DNA of 63,428 bases, filler included, from Reclinomonas americana ATCC 50394 (Eukaryota): NCBI GenBank assembly GCA_048213135.1. It is 4 parts of 3 records of this genome, joined end to end, with 100 filler letters (N's around TTAATTAATTAA, not from the genome) between each part and the next. Parts side by side here need not be neighbours in the genome. Positions count along the whole stretch, not along the records: positions 21,890 to 50,155 come from PS015088.1; 3 more parts are not named here. One strand, written 5' to 3'. Position numbers and translations under genes: made by a program. Below, in pieces: positions 28,371 through 45,064 of the stretch (within the stretch, counting starts at the first letter, position 1; each line of letters opens with the position of its first letter). The notes beneath the pieces were generated by a model. It was not told where the DNA came from. It did not search any database and saw only the letters and a list, made by a program, of their open reading frames with translations.

Positions 28371-31300
28371 TTATGTCATTGATTTCCACGACGACCGCTG
28401 CCAGGCTCGTTGTGCGGCTGTCGGGGCCTCCCGCTGGCGTGCAGAGCCGGGGCGACCGGTTGCAAAGGCGGGCGGTTTGGGAGTGGTTAGGGTGGGTGGC
28501 GCGCCGGGTCCGCCATTGGTGGTGCTGGAGGCAGAAGCGGCGGGAGGCGGATTCGCGGGGATTGGCAAATCGTCGCCGTCGCCGGTCTGCAAGCGGGAGG
28601 GGCGGTGGCGGCGGAAGGAGCGGGTGGAGGGTGGGGGGCTGGCGGGGGCTTTGGTGGGCATGCCCGGGGGTGGAGGTGGGTCGGTGGAGGCGGGCGCTGC
28701 GGGAAAGGAGAAGGGTGAGGAGGAGGGGAAGAGTGCGGGAGGGGAAGGAGGGAAAAGGGAGGGAGGGGGTAGGGAGCAGCGAGAGCAAGGGAGCAGCGAG
28801 AGCAAGGGAGCAGCGAGAGCAAGGGAGCAGCGAGAGAAGCAAGGAGCGGCGAGAGCAAGGGAGCGGCGAGAGCAAGGGAGCGGCGAGAGCAAGGGAGCGG
28901 CGAGAGCAAGGGAGCGGCGAGAGCAAGGGAGCGGCGAGAGCAACGGAGCAGCGAGAGAAAAGGAGAAGCGAGAGCAAGGGAGAAGGGCAGGCAGGATTCA
29001 GTGGCAGGGAGCGAGAGAGCAGGGAGTCAGGGAAGGAAACACAGGAAAGAGAGAAGGAATCGAGAGCAGAAAGCGCGAAAGTTGGGAGAAGAAGACAGTT
29101 ATTGATCATGAGAGTGCAACAGAAGAAACGCAGAACTTGCAAGATCGACATGGAGACAAACCTCTTCGCGGCGACAAAACAGTGCCAGCAGCACCAGGTG
29201 GCGGAACAGTGCTGAGAGCGGAGGAGAGCACTGAGGCCAGAGTGGACGACGTGGGCGAGTCGGTGACACCGGCGTGCGTGGATCCGGTCTCGGCAGCGGA
29301 GCGGGGTCGCAGTTTCGGCGCGAGTGCCTGCGCGGAAAGCGATTGTGAGAAGCACATCGCAGATAGAGGATTGCAGAAGCAGATATGCACCGTGCGTGAA
29401 GAGGGTCGAGCGGTGGAGGAGCTTGACTGAGGGCGTGCAGACTTGGGCAGTGCCAGCTTTGGCACCGTCACAATGTTGCCGCCGTGTTTCGTGTCACACG
29501 AGATGCAGCGGTCGCCTGCGAAAAGAAATCAGGCACAAACTAACAAGGAGACGCGCTAATCACCAGACGAACTTGGCGGTGATCCGTGTCGATGTTCCGG
29601 CGGGGCAGGGCTTATGCCGCGTGTGGAAAGGGCCATCGGCAGCTCCTCCCTATACCCAGCAGAGATGAGGATAAAAAACATGAACCAGTACCGTGACCAA
29701 GACGAAGCTCACCGATCGACTTTGGTCCACAGCGCACGCTGCACGTCCCACCAATCGGACTTGTTGGCCAGCTGCTCACTCATGTTGTTGCGCAGCATGT
29801 AGATGCACTTCATGCACTCGTCGAGTTCGGCCTGCGCAAACACAGGTGAGGGATCGATCAAGTGCAGAGACGGCGACTCTCTCTCTCCACGCACCACTCG
29901 CTGGTGCGTCTCCGTGACAAGCGCCGCTTCCAGTGAACGGGTGAATTCTCCGAGTGCGGCCACTTCGCCCTTGCTGGCCTTGTAATTGACTTGCTGCACG
30001 GCATCCTCGACGCGCACAAGCATCTCGTTGGTGTTGCTCTTCATCTCGCCAATCAGAGTTAGCGCGGACTCGACGGCCTTGTCCTGGCCATCGAGGCGTG
30101 CTTCCCAGGCCTGCGGGAAGGAGAGGGAAGGGGGGACAAATGAGAGGGAGGAGAGGGAGAAGGGGAGGGGGGAGGAAGACGGGGAGGGGGAATGTGAGGG
30201 GGGAACAGGGAAGGGGGGATGGAGCACGGCGAGAGACAACGAGTACGGCGAGAGACAACGACGAGCACGGCGAGAGACAACGACGAGCACGGCGAGAGAC
30301 AACGACGAGCACGGCGAGAGATAACGACGAGCACAGAGCGAGAGACAACGAGCACAGCGAGAGAGATAACGAGCACAGCGAGAGAGATAACGAGCACAGC
30401 GCGAGAGAGATAACGAGCACAGCGAGAGAGACAATGAGCACAGCGAGAGAGAACGAGCACAGCGAGAGAGACAACGAGCACAGCGAGAGAGACAACGAGC
30501 ACAGCGAGAGAGACAACGAGCACAGCGAGAGAGACAACGAGCACAGCGAGAGAGACAACGAGCACAGCGAGAGAGACAATGAGCACAGCGAGAGAGACAA
30601 TGACCACAGCGAGAGAGACAATGACCACAGCGAGAGAGACAATGACCACAGCGATAGAGACATCGAGCACAAAGCCTTGAAGAGGATACCCTCATTATCC
30701 CTCCACTACTCACATCAAAATCAGGTAAGTCAATCGTCGGCTCTGGCGGTGCTTCACATTGCACACAGGCGTCCCATCGCAGCGGAACCTCGTCATCGTC
30801 ATCTTCCTCGACCTCATTCTGCTGCTGTGGCTGTGCGACCTGTGACTGTTGTGTCGGAGCGGCTGCCGAGGCGGATGGATCGACAACCGGCACTGGTTTC
30901 TGTTTGCGCTTGCCGGAACCTGCAGCAGCACTGGCGGCAGCGGCGGCCTGCGTGAAAGTGTGAGCAGGGCGACTCACAACACTTGCAAGTGAGACCGATC
31001 AAAGGCAGACCTCGGCAGCGGCGGTAACCTCCTTTCGCATTTGATTGAGGGCATTGTCGAGCTCTGAGCGAGTTGGGCGCTCCTTGAGCTGCTGGCGAAG
31101 ACCTGGAAGAGCCTCCACCGACTCGGCGGCGTCGCGCAGACCCACGGCTGCCGTCTGTCCGACGCGCGCCACGGCCTGATCAGTGAGTTCCACCATGCCC
31201 TTCACGCCCTTGATGGAGGCTTGCAGCAGTCGTTCGCTCTCTGTGAGGTTGGCGAGGCGTGAGCGACGTCGGTGAAAAGGAAAGTATCGTAGAGTGCGTA

Positions 31301-32018
31301 TCACACCAATGCGTGTCGCCTCATGCTCATTCTGCTTGCGCGTCAACTCGTCGAGTCGCTCCTTCTCGTGGCGCAGACGCCATTCGAGTTCCTCCACAGT
31401 CTTTACACGGCGTTCCAGTTCTTGTGCGGATCTGGGAGGCGAGATGAGAGTGAGATATCTAAAGCGACGGGACGAGAGGTGGAGCAAGTACGCACCCCAT
31501 GATGCGATCGTTGATGCCTCGCTGTGCGTTCAAGTCTCCCTCGCGCTGCCGACCCAAGCTCTCCAGGGTCGACGGTACGGACAGCAACGGGTTGAGAAGA
31601 TCTGTCAGCTCCTTGCGCATCTTGACTGTGAAGATTGTGAGTGACATGATGTGTAAGAAGAGCAGCGGGTGTGCGCCACAGCACCTGTCTCCGTCAGCGA
31701 GTGCTTGATTTGCTCGCCGCGCTGCATCACCAGGTCGCGCACTTCAATGTTCTCCGTTTGCATCTTCTTCATGTCGCGCTCCACGCGGGTTTTCACTTCC
31801 TGTTGGGAAGAGGTGAGGGTGAGGACATAGCATAGCAATTATCAGGGTGGGAGATCGAGGAACGCAACATCCAGCTGCGCTTGGAAGCTGGTGAGATTGC
31901 GCAAGTCGCCCTCGAGGCGCTCCAGACGGTTAAAGGTCTGTTCTCGGCGCTCCAGGAGTGCGAGGATGGTGTCCATGCGGCGGTCGACCTCGGCTTTGTT
32001 GGCTTTTTGGTCGAGGAT
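28371..32018 (-). CDS. Multi-exon coiled-coil protein with KAxKxE-type repeats and a CISCD motif (QRICH2/DUF4795-like), 5' end not located
   Basis: About 12 frame-compatible exons: LDQKANKAEV, YKASKGEV, LANKSDW, LWTKVDREEL, DRCISCD, then a Pro/Ser-rich tail. The family call is from motif recall only. Confidence 0.62.
28770..28985. repeat. 17-bp minisatellite (gcgagagcaagggagc(a/g)) in an intron
   Basis: About 10 tandem units directly visible. Confidence 0.92.
30221..30670. repeat. 21-bp minisatellite (gagcacagcgagagagacaac) in an intron
   Basis: About 20 tandem units with a gradient of variants along the array. Confidence 0.93.
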
Positions 32019-32089
32019 CTGAGGGAGGGAGAAGGGAATCAAGGGGAAGGGGGAAGGGGGGAGGGGAAGGGCGGCGAGATTAGTAGAGG

Positions 32090-32265
32090 TCACAACTTAG
32101 AAGAGAGAAGGGGAAAGAAAGTCGACGGGAGTGGAAGGGCGTCGACATTAGAAGAGGCAACAACTTAGACGAGAGAAGGGGAAAGAAAGTCGAAGGGAGT
32201 GGAAGGGCGTCGACATTAGAAGAGGCAACAACTTAGACGAGAGAAGGGGAAAGAAAGTCGAAGAC
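32090..32265. repeat. 69-bp tandem repeat, about 2.5 copies
   Basis: caacttaga.gagagaaggggaaagaaagtcga recurs at about 32093, 32161 and 32230. Confidence 0.85.
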
Positions 32266-32729
32266 TAGCACTGTTTTTCACTGGTTTGATTACAGATGAC
32301 TGCAAGAAGAAAAAGAGTATCTCTGTCAAGAGCGCTTAGTTGTCTCACAAACGAAGGAAAGAATGAGACAGGAAACAAAGATCAATCGAGAGCACTATCT
32401 ATCACGCGGCGAGTAAGACAGGCAGTAGAGAAATCCTCTCACTCCACCAGATGGAGATGGACATGACCACTTCGTCTACCTCTCCGTCGGAGAGAGGAGA
32501 GGAAGTATCCCGTAAAGAACACCTTTCCTGTCCTCGCCTGCAAGTAAAGAAAGGGCGAGAGAGGAGGAGAAGGCCTCCATCGACTTCTCGAAAGAGTACA
32601 GGAGAGGAATGGGGAGCTGTCCATCTCTCTGCCGGTCTCACTGCGAGAATAGATAGAAACATGAAGATCGCCAACAAAGGGAGGAGGAGAGTCAGAGTGG
32701 CGAATGACGCGAGAAGGAAGAGTAAATCA

Positions 32730-33300
32730 CAAGTATCTCCTCAGTTTCTCTCATTCTATCATAGAGAGAGAGAGGGTCAGAGTAACAGGCACATGCTACA
32801 CAACGAGAAGCACAGGCACCAGAGGCATACGAGAAAGGAAGAAGACTGAGGGAGTAAATCGCTAGTTTCTCCTCAGTTTCTCTCTCATTCTATCACTGTG
32901 TCCGAGTGAGTGAGGGAGAGAGGGAGGGTCAGAGTGACATGCACATGCCACACAGTGAAAAGCACAGACACCAGAGGCATACGAGAAAGGATGACTGTCG
33001 CTGGTTTCTCCTCAGTTTCTCTCATTCTACCACTGTCTCCGAGTGAGAGAGAGAAGAAGGAAGAGTGAGAGTGACAGGAACATGCCTCACAACGAAAAGC
33101 ACTGACACCAGAGACTGACGAGAAAGGATGACTGTCGCCGGTTTCTCCTCAGTTTCTCTCATTCTATCACCTTATCCGAGTGAGAGAGAGAAGGAGGTAG
33201 AGTGAGAGTGGCAGATACAAGTCAACAACGAGAGGCACAGACCGAAGAAGACTGAGAGACTAAACGTGATTTCTCAGTATATCTCTCATTCTATCCTGTC
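32730..33300. repeat. About 135-bp degenerate tandem repeat, about 5 copies
   Basis: The anchor tctcctcagtttctctcattcta recurs near 32736, 32868, 33007, 33144 and, degenerate, 33270. Confidence 0.8.
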
Positions 33301-33312
33301 TCAGAGAGAGAG

Positions 33313-33356
<44 letters not shown>

Positions 33357-35182
33357 NNNNNNNNNNNNNNNNNNNNNNNNNNNNNNNNNNNNNNNNNNNN
33401 NNNNNNNNNNNNNNNNNNNNNNNNNNNNNNNNNNNNNNNNNNNNNNNNNNNNNNNNNNNNNNNNNNNNNNNNNNNNNNNNNNNNNNNNNNNNNNNNNNNN
33501 NNNNNNNNNNNNNNNNNNNNNNNNNNNNNNNNNNNNNNNNNNNNNNNNNNNNNNNNNNNNNNNNNNNNNNNNNNNNNNNNNNNNNNNNNNNNNNNNNNNN
33601 NNNNNNNNNNNNNNNNNNNNNNNNNNNNNNNNNNNNNNNNNNNNNNNNNNNNNNNNNNNNNNNNNNNNNNNNNNNNNNNNNNNNNNNNNNNNNNNNNNNN
33701 NNNNNNNNNNNNNNNNNNNNNNNNNNNNNNNNNNNNNNNNNNNNNNNNNNNNNNNNNNNNNNNNNNNNNNNNNNNNNNNNNNNNNNNNNNNNNNNNNNNN
33801 NNNNNNNNNNNNNNNNNNNNNNNNNNNNNNNNNNNNNNNNNNNNNNNNNNNNNNNNNNNNNNNNNNNNNNNNNNNNNNNNNNNNNNNNNNNNNNNNNNNN
33901 NNNNNNNNNNNNNNNNNNNNNNNNNNNNNNNNNNNNNNNNNNNNNNNNNNNNNNNNNNNNNNNNNNNNNNNNNNNNNNNNNNNNNNNNNNNNNNNNNNNN
34001 NNNNNNNNNNNNNNNNNNNNNNNNNNNNNNNNNNNNNNNNNNNNNNNNNNNNNNNNNNNNNNNNNNNNNNNNNNNNNNNNNNNNNNNNNNNNNNNNNNNN
34101 NNNNNNNNNNNNNNNNNNNNNNNNNNNNNNNNNNNNNNNNNNNNNNNNNNNNNNNNNNNNNNNNNNNNNNNNNNNNNNNNNNNNNNNNNNNNNNNNNNNN
34201 NNNNNNNNNNNNNNNNNNNNNNNNNNNNNNNNNNNNNNNNNNNNNNNNNNNNNNNNNNNNNNNNNNNNNNNNNNNNNNNNNNNNNNNNNNNNNNAAAATT
34301 GAGAGGATGGGGGTGCGTGGGTGAGTGGCGAGTAGCAAAAGGCTGATGCAAGGTGATATTCATTTTCAGCGAGTTTTTGCAGAGAGGAAGAAAGAAAAAC
34401 AAAAACCAAATTCAAAAAATACGTCAAATTTCCACAAATCCCTTTGCCGACAATTAACTTGGCACACCTGTAATGTGAAACCACACAATTGCTCACACCA
34501 TCTCTTCTCCAACAACAAAATCTAAAAAAATCTTTGTCTGTAAACAAAAAAATTGGGCGCAAGAGAAACCACGGCGATTTTGCTATTCCCAATACGCAAT
34601 ACAGCTTCATGATGATTACCATCTACAACAACAACTTTACTAATCCAAACAGGAACACAGCTGCAAAATGATCACCATCTTGAGTGAGCACCAGAAACTC
34701 AGACATCACGAAAAAGAGCGAGAAAAAATGAATCGAACAAGAGGCTGCTTTGCGCTATAGGGAGAGCAAGATTATCGAGTCTGCTAATTCGAAACCCTGC
34801 GCAAGAACGTGTGCTACCGTTAACCCTCAAAGGAATCGGGAAACGGTGCTGCATGTAGCACAAGCAACAAAATAGAAATTGACGTCGCAACTTCGAATTC
34901 ATAACGATGGCAGACGAACTCTGTTCTCGGCTTTGCTAATTCCAAAAAGTCCAACATAGCAACGAGGACTCCACGTGTCTTGCGCCCCAGAAGCGCTGCG
35001 GATGACGCCGGCGCAACACGAAACATCGAATTTGAATTTCTCGAGCACTGCATGCCTCGTGATCGCATTCTTCGCCGTTCTGCACCTTCCCTGCACATGC
35101 ATACTCTCAGCCCAACCCAATCCACCTTCTCCCCTCGTGCAACTCACGTCGTCCTGCACACTTCGATATCGAACACCATTTC

Positions 35183-40202
<5,020 letters not shown>

Positions 40203-40306
40203 CTCTTCTTCTTCTCTGGAATCTCACCCCACCTAATTAATTTGCTGTAAAACCTCCCTGTTATCACATTATTTGGCATTGCTCCTTTTCGTGTTCTGTA
40301 TTCTTC

Positions 40307-43300
40307 TCAGAGCAGAGTACAGGCGCGCGATTGCACAGATGAGGACGATTCGTCTGGCACCGGTGGTGCCGACGACAGCCGTCCCCCTTGCTTTCGTGAC
40401 GGCGATGCGGTCGCCGATAATGACAAGGGCGTGCCATCGTCGCCACTGCCGTCGCCCACGAAGAGCGGAGCCGTGGCGAGGAGCGGGGACGGCGGCGGCG
40501 GAGGCACATCCACAGACATTGCTGTCGGTAATGTGGCCGACACGACACCGCTACCACTGCCAATGTTCGAGTAGTGCGTCGCTGCAAAGGAGGACGGGCT
40601 AGCGGGAGGCACCGGTTGCGGTGAAAACTCCTGCAGCACGTTCTCCTTGATGGCCAGCGACATGGAGATGCGAATGGTGCGCTCGAGGATCTCGTTGATG
40701 TTGGCGCCAGTGAGGCAGGAGGAGAGGAAAAAGTCGGCGAATTCCTCGTGGCAGCGGCGCTGCGGGCAAGAAGGCAAAAAGGGAGGGGAGGGAGGGAAGG
40801 GGAGAGAGAGGGAAGGGAGAGAGAGGTGGTAATGTTAATCAAATGGCACGCAAATTGATAAGATGCACGGGAGAGAGGGAAAGGAGCAGAGACGACGAGA
40901 CAAAGGTGTGAGTGAGCAACACACACAAACAAACAAACAAACAACAAACAAACAAACAAACAGCACTCTCCTGCCCTCCTTTCAACACTCGTGCATGTTT
41001 CTCTCTCCTTAAACCCCTTTCCTATCCCTTTCCTTTCCTTTCCCACTCCTTTCCCTTCCCCTTTCCTCACCAGCACATCCACAATCTTATGCTCGCTCAG
41101 CGGCTCCATCTCCGACGAGTGCGACGGCTGCGCCGCCAAACTGTTGAACATCGAGCCATCGTCGGAGCCGGAGTACGAGGTGCCGTGCGTGAGGGAGGTG
41201 CCGACTTCACGTGGACTGCCGGCGTCGTCACTCGAGTGTGAAGGACCAGCCGCTCCACCACCGTCGTCGTCTCCCAGAGTCACTGCAACGAATAAAAACA
41301 CTCAGTCTTCCGGCTTGTATAATCAGCGTTGTGAAATAGGGAACGCACAATCTGGTGGCGGTGGCGGTGGAATACCGTCACCCTGTGCATCGGCGGCTGG
41401 CGGCACATACCGGTGTGCTTGCCGGCTGCGACCTGCGCGAGTCGGCACAGGCAGGCCTAATATGGCGGCCAGCTCCTCTTCCGAGAGACCCACACATGCT
41501 TCCTCGCCGTACCCTGCGTGGAGCAGAGAGGTGAGGAAACATTAAGCAAGGTGAACCACCAAAGGACCGCCATCTCACCCGTCTTGTGATTGAGTTTTTG
41601 CATGCGGGCAAAGGTGAAGCGGTGCACGACATGCGCCTCGCCCAGGCGGTCGGTCTTGTTGCCGAGGAAAATGACGCGGGCGTAGTTTGACAGCACACCG
41701 GCGTCCTGCATCAGACGAATCTCCTCCAGCCACCGGTCAAACGCTTTCTCTTGTGTCGCGGGGTCATTGGCGTCAAACATGATGATTACGGCCTGCGCAT
41801 TGCGATACAGAGCCGGAGTCATTTGTGAGCGGCAGTCTTCGAGGCCGCCGGTGCCGTACTGCGGGGTGGGGGAAGGGAGGGAGGGTGAGGGAGAGGAAGG
41901 AGGAGAGGGAGAGGGAGAGAGAGGGAGAGGGAGAAGGGTGAGGGAGGGAGGGAGAGGGAGAGGGAGAGGGAGTGTGGAGTGGAGACGGAGAGAGAGAAAG
42001 ACACACACACACACAAAGAGAGAGAGAGAGAGAACATAGGCATAACAACGCACACACACAAGCACAGGAAGAGGGAAAAGCATGAACAAGCACATGGGTA
42101 CGCACCAGCGTGACGTTGACCTTGACGCCGCCGACATCGTATTTCTTCGAGACACACGAGGAGATGCTGGCGTTGTGGACGAGGTGATTTCCGTACTGTG
42201 GGGAGGGTGGTGTGAGGAAGGGAGAAGGGAGAGGGAGAAGGAAGGGAGGGGGAGAGCATGGAAGGAGAGGGGAAAAGATATCCGAACCACGGAGAAAGCA
42301 ATCTTAGAAGAGAAGGCAGCGCAAAGATGCTTGACGAAAGGAAGATGCAAGGCAATGAAACAGTGAGTGACAGAGAGGGAGACGGGGAGAATGAAGGGCA
42401 CGGATGAGTCAGAACGAGGAGGAGAGTGAACGAAGAGAAGGAAGACCCAGGGATGCTGGACGGAAGGACGATGCGCACAAGGGAAAGAGAGAGAGAAAGA
42501 CTGAGGACACAGTGAGAAAATGAAAAAGCTGTGCACAGATTAGCACAAAGAACGGTTAGAGAGAATGAGAAGTTCGCGACAGCATGAGAGGAAGATAACA
42601 GAATTGCCGTTGGACGTTTACATGCAGAGAGGCTGGGAAAGGAAGAGCAATACACGCATCAGCTGAAAGAAACGAGGAGGCAGGGAGAGACGGGGGGAGG
42701 GGGAAGAAGTGCAAATGAGCTGTAACGATGGTCGGCAAACACGCCATTCGCGAAAGAGCAGCAACGAGAGATGAGAGGGCTGGAGGGAAACATAAGGCAT
42801 CAAATGGAGAGGGTGCGATACAGAGAGAGAGAGAGAGAGACAGCCGACGGGAGGGGCGAGAGAACGAACAACCCAACCCGCATGAGTATGCTGCGCTACC
42901 TTCGCCCGCGCCAAGAACGATCGCTTGCCCACTCCGCGCTCGCCGACCACCGAAAACTTCATGGCCACCTGGAAGTCGCGCCCGTGTCTCGTTTGAATCC
43001 TGCGCATTCACATAAGCGTACAGCGACACCGCACCAATCTTCTTCCACCACCAAACCTCTTCAGCAGAAACACGTTGCGGTACCGCCGCTTGTACTTCTT
43101 GATGGGCGTAAACACGAAACTGGCCGCCGACGCATCACCAGCACCGGCCACCAGCGCCAACGCCGTCCCACTGACATCCACGGCCGCTCCGCTCGCCGCC
43201 GTCCCCATCGACACGGGTCCCTTGGAGGGCGCGGCGCTCACGCGGCCGGCCAGCTCATCAATCTCCGTGTCGAGATTGAAGTCGAGAATGAAGGCATTGG

Positions 43301-43504
43301 TCAGCAGGAAGGCGTAGTCGCGCTCAAAGAGAATGCGCCAGATTTTGAAGTGTGGCAGCAGCGAGAAGCAGTGGCGAAAGTAGCGAGACTGGGTGGGAGA
43401 CAGAAGAATAAGTGAGTGAGCGAGGAGGAGGAGGTGCGTGAAGGAGGAAGACGAACCGTTTGCTCCAAGTGGACCACGTCGAGCCAGTCGCTGTAGCAGA
43501 GGAT
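40307..43504 (-). CDS. F-box-like N-terminus fused to an atypical Rab/Rho-like small GTPase with CaaX end; 5' exon unresolved
   Basis: ILCYSDWLDVVHLEQT|SRYF...IWRILFERDY (F-box C-terminal half), KFSVVGERGVGKRS (G1), VTL|YGTGGLE (degenerate G3), LYRNAQAVIIMFD, FLGNKTD (G4), FLSSCLTGANINE (G5) and terminal CTLL-stop. Confidence 0.75.
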
Positions 43505-45064
43505 CTGCGGGGGCGAGAGGAAGAGGAGTGAGTTGGAGGGCAATGAAGAAGAACGTTGGGAGGGATGCGAAGGGCATGAAAATAGAGGATAACGAAGAAG
43601 TGGAGAGGGCGTGAGACGGAAGGAGAAGAGACAGCAGGAGGGAAAGAGGGGCAGGAGGTCAAGGAGAAGAAATAGAAGAAGCCAAGCGATCGGGGAGCGA
43701 GCGGATGACGAAGGAGCAGAAGCACAAGAGACTAGACGAGGAATGCGACTGTGGATAAGAGAGAAGGAGGGAAGGAGACAACACAAGAGGAGAAGATGGA
43801 GCGGGGGATGGGAGAGAATGAGAGTGAGACTGAGAAAGTAAGGATAAGAAAGGAAGGAAAGAGGAAACGGAGAGGAGGAAAGGAGAGAAGGAGTGGAGAG
43901 AAGGAAAGGAGAGAAGGGAAGGAAAGGAAGAGAAAGAAATCAGGGAAGCAAGGGAGAGAAGGAAAGGAAGGGAAGGGAAGGAATGGAGAGAAGGAATGGA
44001 GAGAAGGAAAGCAGGGAAGGAAAGGAGAAAAGGAAAGGAGAGAAGGGGACAAGGGGCCAAGTGAGAAGGACAAGAAGAAAGAACAAAGAGAGTGTGAGAC
44101 AGACGGCATGAGGCGGAAGAGAGGAAGCTGAACAGCAGTGAAAGAATAGCGCGAACAGGAGAAGTGAGAGAGTGAGGAGAACAACAGAGAGAGCAAGGCG
44201 CACCCTCTCTTCCTCTCTTCCTTCTCTCTCTCTCTCTCTCACCGCGTGTCTGATTGTACGATTTCAACACAACGCGCGCACTCTCTCCCACACACTAAGA
44301 GAACACACACTCTCTTCCCCTCACACGCACTCACACCAGAGAGAGACACAACACACACAGAGAAAAGCGCGAAAGAGCGTGCCACATATTCCCTCTCTCT
44401 CACACTCTCTCTCACACACACTCAACTCTCAACAACACTTCCGGAGGCAAATTAATGAGCGCAGACGCAGTGGGCGCATACGACAAACGCTCTCTTGAAT
44501 ACTGTTGCTGAAGTTGTTGAGAAGAAGAAGACACATGTGAACTTCGCGCTAAGAGAAAAGAAGACAAAGGGGTAAGCAGTGAGAGCGAGACAACGTGTAT
44601 GAGTGACGCACGTGCTTACCTGACATTGCGCGCGCTCTCTGTGAGTGTGTTTTTTTCGTGAATGACGAAGCGACGTCGGCGGTTGTCGGCGCAGGACAAG
44701 CTGTTAATTGGCGTGGTTTGTGCGTCGGTGTGTGCGGGGTCGGCCGGTGGAGCTGCACGTATGCTGCATGCGAGTGTGCTGATGCAAGTGGCGAGATGAT
44801 TATGGAAAGCAAACGTCGATGTCCTGCGAATTAAAGTTGGTCTTTTGCTTCGTCGTTTCCTGCAACGAAGCAGTGAGAGAGTTAGCTGATTGCAGCTGTG
44901 TACATAATGCAAACGAGTGTGAAAGTGCAGGCGGGGGGATAGTCATGGAAAAAACGTCGATGTCCTGCGCACCTATTTCGTTCTGTCAAACAAACAACGA
45001 AGGTCGGTGTGAGAGATAGTTGAGTGTAAACATCAACCAGCGCATAAGAACCTGTGTGAAGAGA

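Noticed and set aside
30221-30670. Cys-rich (CARCLSR)n ORF resembling a metal-binding repeat protein
   Set aside because: It is the translation of a 21-bp intronic minisatellite that ends in a pyrimidine tract and CAG acceptor.
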